Position numbers and translations under genes: made by a program | The notes under the pieces: model-generated | What the model saw: only the letters and a program-made list of their open reading frames with translations | What the model was told of the DNA's origin: nothing | Database searches by the model: none | Part shown: piece after piece, positions 1 to 8,600 of the stretch | How positions within the stretch are numbered: the stretch's first letter is position 1 | Layout of the letters: every line of letters begins with the position of its first letter | Assembly: GCF_000009965.1 (NCBI RefSeq) | Contig: NC_006624.1 | Coordinates: 1,710,001-1,742,000, forward strand | Direction: 5' to 3' | DNA from: Thermococcus kodakarensis KOD1 | GTDB lineage: Archaea > Methanobacteriota_B > Thermococci > Thermococcales > Thermococcaceae | Length of the DNA stretch: 32,000 bases

Positions 1-48
1 AAGCTCTTTGACTTCATCTTCAACCTTCTTTTTGCGGGCCATCATCAT
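1..48 (-). CDS. N-terminal end of an unidentified gene running off the left edge (partial)
   Basis: Minus-strand ATGATGATG (48..40) preceded by a GGGTGA-like SD. Reads MMMARKKKVEDEVKEL... and leaves the window. Too short to identify. Confidence 0.3.
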   Translation of the reverse strand, partial: MMMARKKKVEDEVKEL

Positions 49-218
49 CACCCAATACCTTTGATGTGGGTAAAACATGGGGAGGTTATATACTTTATGT
101 CCCTCAGGGACTTGGCAATGAAACTTTTAAGAATTTCGTCCGATTCTAGAATCAAACTGTAAAAGACCCATATTTTACAATAGCAGCCAGGAAAGAATAT
201 TAAACAGAAAATAAGGGA

Positions 219-1250
219 TTAAATGCCGTTATCCCCAACCTCCCGAAGGACTATGAGCTTTGAACCCTCTGGAACCGGGGAGTCAAGCCTTGGAACGAGC
301 ACTGGGCGGTTGGTGTAGTAACCCATCACGTACAAATTATACTTCCTCTGAACCAGCTCAAGCGCTTCCGAGTACTTCACACCCCAGACTTCTGGGAGTT
401 CAACCACGGTGATGTCGTACCCTCCAAGGGAGCTTGTTATGTCGTCAATGACGTCCACAACTTCAGGCTCGATGACGGCGCTGGCGAGCAGCCTACCCGC
501 TAGACCTCTGCTGAGGATAACCCTGTCGGCCCCAGCCTGTTTCAACAGGTCTATGCTGTCCGCGCTCAGGGCTTCCACGAACACCTTTGCACCGGAAATG
601 CTCTTGACACGGAGGGTCACGAAGACCGACTTCGAGTCATCGTCGAGAGCCAGAACAACATGGGAAGCACTCTCGACCCGGGCCCTTTCGAGTGTCTCCT
701 TATTGATGGGGTCACCTATAAGAACCTCGACTTCCTCTGGAAGCTCAACCTTCCTGCGCTCTTCTTCGTTAGGGAATACCACAACAACTGGCCTGTGGGG
801 AACCTCTCCTCGGCCCATCGCAGAGAGTATCTCGTCCACAAAGCTGGCCACGCTACTACCCTGCCCGATTACAACGTAATGTCCCGAGTACCCAACACGG
901 TGCATGCCCATCATCCTCCTAAGTGAGGAAGAAATTAGGAATTCAGCCAGAAGGGAAACGAGGGCCGTAAAAGTAGAGATGCCCGCGACCGCCGCAACCA
1001 TAGCAACTATTCTTCCCGCCTCCGTCTGAGGGGTTATATCACCGTAACCTATCGTCGCCATGGTTATTACGGCCCAGTAGAAGGCAGTGAAGAAGTCCAG
1101 CCCTTCAAAGTACGCAAACAGTCCGGCAAAGACTAAGGAGAGAACTATCACAGCAGCACCTATCTGTAGGAGCTTGCTCCGCCTCACCCGATATCTAATC
1201 TTAACAAGCCTGCGGATTACAGTTATCGGTATCATCGTTGTGGTGTGCAT
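219..1250 (-). CDS. MthK-like potassium channel with RCK/TrkA domains
   Basis: 343-aa ORF. K+ selectivity-filter signature TMATIGYGDITP lies between two hydrophobic helices. It is followed by a Rossmann-type RCK/TrkA-N segment (YVVIGQGSSVASFVDEI) and a TrkA-C-like C-terminus. Confidence 0.85.
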   Translation of the reverse strand: MHTTTMIPITVIRRLVKIRYRVRRSKLLQIGAAVIVLSLVFAGLFAYFEGLDFFTAFYWAVITMATIGYGDITPQTEAGRIVAMVAAVAGISTFTALVSLLAEFLISSSLRRMMGMHRVGYSGHYVVIGQGSSVASFVDEILSAMGRGEVPHRPVVVVFPNEEERRKVELPEEVEVLIGDPINKETLERARVESASHVVLALDDDSKSVFVTLRVKSISGAKVFVEALSADSIDLLKQAGADRVILSRGLAGRLLASAVIEPEVVDVIDDITSSLGGYDITVVELPEVWGVKYSEALELVQRKYNLYVMGYYTNRPVLVPRLDSPVPEGSKLIVLREVGDNGI

Positions 1251-1323
1251 GCAAGGGGTTAAAAACGTTGGGACGTGGTTAAGTGAACTTTAATGAACAT
1301 AAGAATACCACTAGGCACAAGTT

Positions 1324-1345
1324 TTCCAGTGGAAACGGAACTCTT
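1324..1345 (+). promoter_or_regulatory. mini-ORB / partial ORB (TTCCAGTGGAAACGGAACTCTT), no G-string
   Basis: Exact TTCCAGTGGAAAC core. The extension GGAAACGGAACTCT parallels GGAAACAGAACTCT of the ORB at 1649..1674. Confidence 0.7.
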
Positions 1346-1366
1346 TTTCGATACTCATCGAAAAGA

Positions 1367-1393
1367 CCCCCCAGAGTTTTATTTCCACTGGAA
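1367..1393 (-). promoter_or_regulatory. Full ORB element (minus-strand reading TTCCAGTGGAAATAAAACTCTGGGGGG)
   Basis: Plus strand reads CCCCCCAGAGTTTTATTTCCACTGGAA. The reverse complement gives the ORB core plus a G-string, as in the Orc1/Cdc6 origin recognition boxes defined in Sulfolobus and Pyrococcus. Confidence 0.8.
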
Positions 1394-1648
1394 CCAACTT
1401 TCGGAGAATGGATGGATTTGATGGCTTTAAACAACAGAAAGGGTATTTTTAAAGCGTCTGTGTCAATGTAAATATGATTTTGTTCATTTAAACTTTGTTC
1501 TTTCAGTATTTTTTCAATCTTACATCTTAATACCCGCTAATTATTGAACATTGTTTATGGAAAATTATAAATACATGATGGGAAAGAAAAAGCGGGAGTG
1601 TTTGCACCAAAATTCGATATTGAAAATGGGTGTAGCAACGAAAGCTGC
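1394..1648. other. AT-rich putative duplex unwinding element between the inverted ORBs
   Basis: Strongly AT-rich, for example AAATATGATTTTGTTCATTTAAACTTTGTTCTTTCAGTATTTTTTCAATCTTACATCTTAATA. It is bracketed by ORBs pointing away from each other. Confidence 0.65.
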
Positions 1649-1674
1649 CTCCACTGGAAACAGAACTCTGGGGG
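1649..1674 (+). promoter_or_regulatory. Full ORB element (CTCCACTGGAAACAGAACTCTGGGGG)
   Basis: ORB core (quasi-palindromic variant TCCACTGGA), conserved AACTCT spacer and G-string. Inverted relative to the ORB at 1367..1393. Confidence 0.8.
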
Positions 1675-1785
1675 ACTACAAAATTGTTTATTTTTTGAGA
1701 TTGCGAAAACAAAGATGTTTTCTAAAAATGATCCCTTTTGTCCATCATTGTTCGTGTTTTCATGTATATCCCTGTTCATTCCTCT

Positions 1786-2014
1786 TTCAGTGGAAATAGG
1801 CACACCTACCGATGTTTTGTTTGTCTAATGCAAACTTGTATGTGCATCCCTGATCATTGCTTGCTTCGCGTTTCCTCTGGAGAGGTCTTTTTGCACAGGT
1901 TAGAACTGGAACTTCGAGTGGAATTCTTTGACAGCTCCATGTTCAACAATCCATATAAACCAGCGGCCTACACATAGGTATGCCTTCCAGTGTATCCGCT
2001 GGTTCCTGTGGAGT
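1786..2014. repeat. Scattered degenerate mini-ORB-like motifs between ORB2 and cdc6
   Basis: TTCAGTGGAAA (1786..1796), TTCCTCTGGAGA (1872..1883), TTCGAGTGGAAT (1913..1924), TTCCAGTGTA (1985..1994), TTCCTGTGGAG (2003..2013). Each is 1-3 mismatches from the core. Confidence 0.4.
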
Positions 2015-2142
2015 CCCTCGTGAATGTTCAATATTTCCCCATATTTCCTATCAAAATGTTGAAATAAGGATATGTACTGGTCATTTCGATGGAAAGCGCA
2101 CTATCATATTGACGGAACGACTTCCATCGAGTATGATTTCAA

Positions 2143-3405
2143 GTGGAGAGTGGGACGATGGACGATGACTACCTCAGTTCAATATTCGAGAAGTACCTCC
2201 ATGCCAGGAAGATATTCAAGAACAAAGAAGTGCTTAGGCACAGCTATACCCCAAAGGAGCTTCCACACAGGCACAAGCAGATAGACGACCTTGCCCACAT
2301 TCTTGTTCCAGTTCTCCGCGGTGAAACTCCGTCTAATGTTTTTGTGTATGGGAAAACTGGAACTGGAAAGACCGTAACCGTCAAGTTCGTTACTGAGGAA
2401 CTGAAGAAGATCTCCCAGAAGTACAATATTCCTGTTGAGGTTATCTATATCAACTGTGAAATAATTGATACTCACTACCGCGTTCTCGCAAGGATTGTAA
2501 ACCACTTCAAAGAGGAGAGCGGGATCGAGGTTCCCCTCGTCGGCTGGCCCACCGATGAGGTCTATGCAAAGCTCAAGGAAGTCATTGATGCCAAGGAGCG
2601 CTTCGTTATAATAGTCCTCGACGAGATAGACAAGCTCATCAAGAAGAGTGGAGACGACATCCTGTATTCTCTGACGAGGATCAACAGCGAGCTTAGCAAG
2701 GCAAAGGTAAGCATCATTGGGATTTCCAACGACCTCAAGTTCAAAGAGTACCTGGATGCGCGCGTTCTCTCCAGCCTGAGCGAAGAGGAGGTCGTTTTCC
2801 CGCCATACGACGCGAACCAGCTCAGGGACATCCTCATGCAGCGTGCCAAGGAGGCTTTTTATGAGGGTGTGCTGGACGATGCGGTTGTGCCGCTGTGTGC
2901 CGCCCTCGCAGCCAGGGAGCACGGAGACGCGAGGAGAGCCCTCGACCTTCTGAGGGTTGCGGGTGAAATAGCGGAGCGCGAGGGGGCGAGCAAAGTTACA
3001 GAGAGGCACGTCTGGAAAGCCCAGGAGAAGATTGAACAGGACACAATGGAAGAGGTTATAAAAACCCTTCCTCTCCACTCAAAGGTTCTCCTCTACGCGA
3101 TAGTCATGCTCGATGAAAACGGCGAGCTCCCTGCCAACACCGGTGAGGTTTACTCAATTTACAAGATGCTCTGCGACAGCCTCGACGTTGAGCCCCTCAC
3201 CCAGAGGCGCGTGAGTGATCTGATCAACGAACTTGACATGCTCGGCATTATCAACGCCAAGGTCGTCAGTAAGGGCCGTTATGGGAGAACAAAGGAGATA
3301 AGGCTCAACGTGACTCCGTATATGGTGAAGAACATATACCGCCACGATGAGCAGGTTCGCCCGCTCCTCACCCTGAGCCTCTCTCGCCAGAGGAGGTTGT
3401 TCTGA
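2143..3405 (+). CDS. cdc6: Orc1/Cdc6 replication initiator (AAA+ plus C-terminal winged helix)
   Basis: Walker A GKTGTGKT, Walker B VIIVLDEID, sensor region GDARRALDLLR, and N-terminus ...RKIFKNKEVLRHSYTPKELPHRH typical of Thermococcales Cdc6. The ORF-track start is GTG 2143; ATG at 2158 (MDDDYL...) is an equally plausible start. Confidence 0.95.
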   Translation: MESGTMDDDYLSSIFEKYLHARKIFKNKEVLRHSYTPKELPHRHKQIDDLAHILVPVLRGETPSNVFVYGKTGTGKTVTVKFVTEELKKISQKYNIPVEVIYINCEIIDTHYRVLARIVNHFKEESGIEVPLVGWPTDEVYAKLKEVIDAKERFVIIVLDEIDKLIKKSGDDILYSLTRINSELSKAKVSIIGISNDLKFKEYLDARVLSSLSEEEVVFPPYDANQLRDILMQRAKEAFYEGVLDDAVVPLCAALAAREHGDARRALDLLRVAGEIAEREGASKVTERHVWKAQEKIEQDTMEEVIKTLPLHSKVLLYAIVMLDENGELPANTGEVYSIYKMLCDSLDVEPLTQRRVSDLINELDMLGIINAKVVSKGRYGRTKEIRLNVTPYMVKNIYRHDEQVRPLLTLSLSRQRRLF

Positions 3406-5612
3406 TGCTGGTGGAGGACCTCCTTAAGAACAACTACCTTATCACGCCGTCCGCGTATTATCTGCTCTCGGACCACTACAAGAAGGCCTTTACCCTGGCC
3501 GAGCTGATAAAGTTCGCCAAAAACCGGGGGACGTTCGTTGTAGACTCCAACCTTGCCAGAGAGTTCCTGGCGGAAAAGGGCATAATTTCCAGTGGAAATG
3601 GTGCCCTTGACGGTTCAGTACTCTCTGGGATCAGCGTTTCTGAATCTCCTGTGAAACCTAACGGGGAGGCAGTTCTGGAATCTGAATCTGATGAATCTGG
3701 GGCCATTGAATCTTCTCTCCAGGAAGGAGTTGAGGATGGGGTCGAATCTATAGCTGAGCCAAGTGCGGCGTCTGTTGAAGATGTTGTCGTCGCTGGGGAA
3801 AGTTCTCTAGCATCTGAAGGCTCTTCACTGGAGGATGAAATCAACACTGAACCAGAGTTATCATCCTCTATGGATGATGGTGCTGAAGTTGTTCAGTCTT
3901 CTGAGGGGGATGAGACCTCTATTTCCACTGGAAATGCCTTGGGATCTGTGGACTATGGTGGCTCTGATTCTGAATCAGAAGCTTTAGAAGAGGCCTCCTC
4001 TGGGGGGGAGAGTTTCATTTCCACTGGAACTCCTGAAGATGAGGCCCTCCTAGAAGAGTCCCCTGAAGGAGAATTTCCCGATGAAAACGGCTTCTCTGAT
4101 GAGTCCCTTCCAGTGGAAAACGGGAGTGAGAATGGGTATGGGGACTCTGAAGAGTACTACGAGAACGGCGACAACGGTGTCAAGCCGAAGATAGTCTACG
4201 GTGACTACGGTGTCCCAATAGCCTACGTTGCAGATGAAACTCCGGAGGAAGAGAAAGCCTATTCGACGTATTCCGACCTAGTGATAGCCCCAAAGGAGGG
4301 CTTCCACTACAGGGCAAAGGAGATTCCCGACGAGTGGGAGCTGGCCTTTGACGTCAAGAACGTGAAGTTCGAGGTTCCCAAGGTCAAGAACGCCCAGAGC
4401 AAGGAGGGTGAGGTCATAATCCAGGCATATTCCAGCTACTTCAAGTCCAGGCTTAAGAAGATGCGGAGGATCTTCCGCGAGAACCCTGAAATCGGCACGA
4501 TAGTGGATATCGCCAAGCTGAGCTACGTCCGAGAAGATGATGTCACGATAATCGGGCTCGTCAATGAAAAGCGCGAGACAAGAAAGGGCTACCTCTTTGA
4601 GATCGAGGACGCCACGGGAAGGATCAAGGTCTTCATAGGCTCGGACAAGGAGGGTGCAAATGAAGCCTACAGCACGATAATGCCCGATTCTGTTGTTGCT
4701 TTCAGGGGCACCCCCGGGAAGGGAATATTCTTCGCAAACAGGGTGTTCCTCCCGGACGTTCCGAAGTTCAAGAGGTCAAAACCACCGCTTGAGGAGAAGG
4801 TCTACGCCATCCTGCTCAGCGACATCCACGTCGGTAGCAACAAGTTCTGCGAGGAAGCTTTTATCAAGTTCCTTGAGTGGCTCAACGGCGAGGTTAACAG
4901 CAGAACCGAGGAAGAGCTGGTGAGCAGAATCAAGTACATCATTATTGGCGGCGACGTCGTTGACGGCGTCGGCATCTATCCGGGCCAGTATAACGAGCTG
5001 GCGATTCCAGATATCTTCGACCAGTATGAGGCCCTTGCAAACCTGCTGAAACAGGTTCCGGACCACATAACGATGTTCATCGGGCCTGGAAACCACGACG
5101 CGGCCAGAACGGCCCTTCCGCAGCCGGGCTTCTACGAAGAGTATGCAAAGCCGCTCTACAAGCTCAAGAACGCTGTGATAATCAGCAATCCTGCCGTAAT
5201 ACGGCTTCACGGCAGGGACTTCCTCGTAGCCCACGGCAGGGGAATAGAGGACGTCGTTGATTTTGTCCCCAACAGGAGCCACCACAGGCCCGCTGAGGCA
5301 ATGGTAGAGCTTCTTAAGCTCAGACACATAGCTCCGACCTTCGGGAACAAGGTTCCGATAGCTCCCGACCCCGAGGATACGCTCGTCATCGAGAGCGTTC
5401 CAGACCTATTCCAGGCAGGCCACGTCCACGTCATGCAGTACAAGACGTACAACGGCGTCTTCGTCATAAACACCGGTACGTGGCAGGCGCAGACTGAATT
5501 CCAGAAGATGGTGAACATAATCCCGACTCCGGCGAGGGTTCCGATAATCGACGTTGAAACCGCCCGCCTGAGGGCTGTGGTTAGGTTTGACCAGTTTTGC
5601 GAGGGGGTTTGA
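3405..5612 (+). CDS. polB: DNA polymerase D (Pol II) small subunit DP1, with a long acidic insertion
   Basis: The ATG shares its A with the cdc6 TGA (TGATG). C-terminal calcineurin-like phosphoesterase motifs are LSDIHVGS, GGDVVDG, GNHD and GHVH, with an OB-fold region before them. Residues ~61-258 are a Ser/Glu/Asp/Gly-rich low-complexity insertion. Confidence 0.95.
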   Translation: MLVEDLLKNNYLITPSAYYLLSDHYKKAFTLAELIKFAKNRGTFVVDSNLAREFLAEKGIISSGNGALDGSVLSGISVSESPVKPNGEAVLESESDESGAIESSLQEGVEDGVESIAEPSAASVEDVVVAGESSLASEGSSLEDEINTEPELSSSMDDGAEVVQSSEGDETSISTGNALGSVDYGGSDSESEALEEASSGGESFISTGTPEDEALLEESPEGEFPDENGFSDESLPVENGSENGYGDSEEYYENGDNGVKPKIVYGDYGVPIAYVADETPEEEKAYSTYSDLVIAPKEGFHYRAKEIPDEWELAFDVKNVKFEVPKVKNAQSKEGEVIIQAYSSYFKSRLKKMRRIFRENPEIGTIVDIAKLSYVREDDVTIIGLVNEKRETRKGYLFEIEDATGRIKVFIGSDKEGANEAYSTIMPDSVVAFRGTPGKGIFFANRVFLPDVPKFKRSKPPLEEKVYAILLSDIHVGSNKFCEEAFIKFLEWLNGEVNSRTEEELVSRIKYIIIGGDVVDGVGIYPGQYNELAIPDIFDQYEALANLLKQVPDHITMFIGPGNHDAARTALPQPGFYEEYAKPLYKLKNAVIISNPAVIRLHGRDFLVAHGRGIEDVVDFVPNRSHHRPAEAMVELLKLRHIAPTFGNKVPIAPDPEDTLVIESVPDLFQAGHVHVMQYKTYNGVFVINTGTWQAQTEFQKMVNIIPTPARVPIIDVETARLRAVVRFDQFCEGV
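3587..4121. repeat. Four ORB/mini-ORB-like motifs inside the DP1 coding sequence
   Basis: TTCCAGTGGAAA 3587..3598; TTCCACTGGAAA 3923..3934; AGAGTTTCATTTCCACTGGAAC 4009..4030 (21/22 identical to oriC ORB 1373..1394); TTCCAGTGGAAAAC 4108..4121. The motif matches are seen directly; their function is inferred. Confidence 0.6.
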
Positions 5613-8600
5613 ATGAGCGAGGAGATTTACTCGCCTGAAATGAAGGCTTACTTCGAGTCACTCCAGCGCGAGATAGACAGGGCCTATGCGATAGCGAGGA
5701 AGGCCCGCGCACAGGGTAAGGATCCGAGCTTTGACGTTGAGGTTCCGCAGGCTACTGATATGGCTGGCCGTGTTGAGAGCCTCGTCGGACCGCCCGGCGT
5801 GGCCGAGAGGATTAGAGAGCTAGTCAAAGAGTATGGCAAGGAGATAGCTGCCCTTAAAGTTGTTGATGAGATAATCGAGGGCAAGTTCGGTGACCTTGGG
5901 AGCAAGGAGAAGTACGCTGAGCAGGCGGTGAGGACTGCCCTGGCAATTCTAACGGAAGGTATAGTTTCCGCTCCACTGGAAGGTATCGCTGACGTTAAAA
6001 TAAAGCGCAACGAGTGGGCCGACGGGAGCGAGTACTTAGCTCTCTACTATGCCGGCCCGATCAGGAGTTCCGGTGGAACGGCTCAGGCTTTGAGCGTTCT
6101 CGTTGGTGATTACGTGAGGAGAAAGCTCGGTCTCGACCGCTTCAAGCCGAGCGATGAACACATTGAGAGGATGGTCGAAGAGGTTGACCTCTACCACAGG
6201 GCTGTTACGAGGTTGCAGTACCACCCGGAGGCAGACGAAGTAAGGCTCGCCATGAGGAACATCCCGATCGAGATAACCGGTGAGGAGACCGATAAAGTTG
6301 AAGTCTCTCACAGAAACGTCCCCGGTGTTGAGACGAACCACCTCCGCGGCGGTGCCATTCTCGTTCTCGCTGAAGGTGTCCTGCAGAAGGCAAAGAAGCT
6401 CGTGAAGTACATAGACAAGATGGGGATCGAGGGCTGGGACTGGATAAAGGAGTTCGTGGAAGCCAAGGAGAAGGGCAAGAGTAGTGAAGAGAATAAAGAC
6501 GAATCGAAGGCCGAGGACACTGGAACTGAGAGCGTCGCTGAAAAGAAGGAGAATGTCGAGAAGGGTTTCTATTACGAGCTCTACGAGAAGTTCAGGGCCA
6601 ATATTGCCCCCAACAAGAAGTACACCAAGGAGATAATCGGTGGAAGACCCCTCTTCGCCGAGCCTTCGACCAACGGCGGCTTCAGGCTCAGGTACGGCCG
6701 CTCAAGGGTCTCCGGCTTTGCGACCTGGAGCGTCAATCCAGCAACAATGCTCATTCTGGACGAGTTCATAGCAATTGGGACCCAGATGAAGACGGAGAGG
6801 CCAGGTAAGGGTTGTATCGTGACTCCAGCGACTACGGTGGAGGGTCCGATCGTCAGGCTCAAGAACGGGAGCGTGGTAAGGGTAGATGACTATGAAACGG
6901 CTCTAAAGGTCAGGAACGAGGTTGACGAGATCCTATACGTTGGCGATGCGCTCGTAAACTTCGGCGACTTCGTCGAGAACAACCAGACGCTTCTCCCGGC
7001 AAACTACGTCGAGGAGTGGTGGGTTCAGGAGCTAGTACAGGCCATCAAAGACCTCTACGAGGTTGAGCTTCAGCCCTTTGCTGAGAACGACAGGGAAGCC
7101 GTAGAGGAAGCGGCTGAGTACCTTGAGGTAGACCCCGATTTCCTGTGGAACCTCTTGAAGGATCCGCTCAGGGTTAAACCAGATGTGGAGACGGCCATTC
7201 ACCTTTCAACGGTTCTCGACATACCGTTCCACCCGTACTACACCCTCTACTGGAACACCCTTCAGCCGGAAGAGGTCGAGGAACTCCAGAAGGCCCTTCT
7301 GGGTGCTCAGATAGAGTGGGCTGAGTTCAGAAAGAACCGCTTCGCGAAGAAGGTCGTCCTTGAGAACGATAAAAATATCAAACGCTACCTTGAGCTCCTC
7401 GGCCTGCCCCACAGGCTTGAAAGGGTTGAGAAGAAGAGGAAGGTCATCGTCGTTGAATATCCCTGGAGTGCGGCCCTTCTGACGCCGCTCGGCAACCTTG
7501 AGTGGGAGTTCAAGGCAAAGCCCTTCTACACGGTCATAGACATCATCAACGAGAACAACAGGATAAAGCTCCGCGATAGGGGAATAAGCTGGATCGGCGC
7601 GAGGATGGGAAGGCCAGAGAAGGCCAAGGAAAGAAAGATGAAGCCGCCGGTCCAGGTTCTCTTCCCGATAGGCCTTGCCGGCGGCCAGAGCAGGGACATC
7701 AAGAAAGCCGCCGAGGAAGGAAAAACGGCCAGGGTTGAGATAGCCTTCTTCAAGTGTCCCAAGTGCGGCCACGTCGGGCCGGAGCACCTCTGCCCCGTCT
7801 GTGGAACCAGGAAGGAGCTCCTCTGGCACTGCCCGAAGTGTGGAGCGGATTATCCTGAGAGCGATGCAAAGGACTTTAACTACCGCTGTCCGAAGTGCGA
7901 CGTTGAGCTCAAGCCCTACGCGGAGCGGGAGATAAAGCCCGCCGACCTGTTAAGGCAGGCCATGGACAACGTCAAGGTCTACGGCATAGACAGGCTCAAG
8001 GGCGTTAAGGGTATGACCTCCGGCTACAAGATGGCCGAGCCGCTGGAGAAGGGTCTTCTCCGTGTTAAAAACGACGTCTACGTCTTTAAGGATGGTACAA
8101 TCCGCTTCGACGCGACCGACGCTCCAATAACCCACTTCAAACCTAAGGAGATAGGGACGAGCGTCGAGAAGCTGAGGGAGCTCGGCTACACTCACGACTT
8201 CGAGGGGAAGCCCCTCGAGAGGGACGACCAGATACTCGAGCTGAAGGTCCAGGACGTTATTCTGCCCTACGAGGCAGGGAGGTACCTCCTCAAGGTGGCG
8301 CGCTTCATCGATGACCTCCTTGAGAAGTTCTACGGATTACCCAGGTTCTACAATGCCGAGAAGATGGAAGACCTTGTGGGTCACCTCGTTATAGGTCTCG
8401 CTCCACACACCTCGGCTGGAATCATTGGGAGGATAATCGGCTTTTCAGACGTTCTCGTTGGCTACGCACACCCGTATTACCATGCGGCGAAGAGGAGGAA
8501 CTGCTTCCCAGGTGACACGAGGATACTCGTCCAGATCAACGGCCTTCCTCAGAGGATAACCCTCAGGGAACTCTACGACCTCTTTGAAGACGAGCGGTAC

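Larger units (their letters stand above)
1290..2142. other. Chromosomal replication origin (oriC) upstream of cdc6/orc1
   Basis: ~0.9 kb with no credible ORF, only short AT-rich six-frame ORFs. Contains ORB/mini-ORB motifs (TTCCAGTGGAAA family) in inverted orientation around an AT-rich core, directly upstream of the cdc6-polD operon. This is the architecture described for Pyrococcus/Thermococcus oriC. Confidence 0.85.

Noticed and set aside
1283-2284. Numerous 60-82 aa six-frame ORFs in the region upstream of cdc6 (e.g. 1283..1471, 1551..1799, 1738..1977, 2072..2284)
   Set aside because: They overlap one another on both strands, have low-complexity, Cys/Phe-rich translations typical of AT-rich non-coding DNA, and lie across ORB elements and the unwinding region of oriC.
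2179-3078. 299-aa antisense ORF inside cdc6. Similar long antisense ORFs occur at 4776..5327, 7206..7829, 9045..9632, 9867..10715, 17449..17988, 23704..24210, 28311..28886 and 29222..29623.
   Set aside because: They are shadow ORFs opposite well-supported genes. Their translations are Arg/Leu/Pro/Val-rich with no recognisable motifs, as expected from GC-rich codon usage on the sense strand.
5972-5983. ORB-like CTCCACTGGAAG in the DP2 N-terminal coding region
   Set aside because: It is a single 11/12 match with no extension similarity. It encodes part of the peptide SAPLEGI, so protein constraint plus chance could explain it, unlike the four clustered hits in the DP1 linker.
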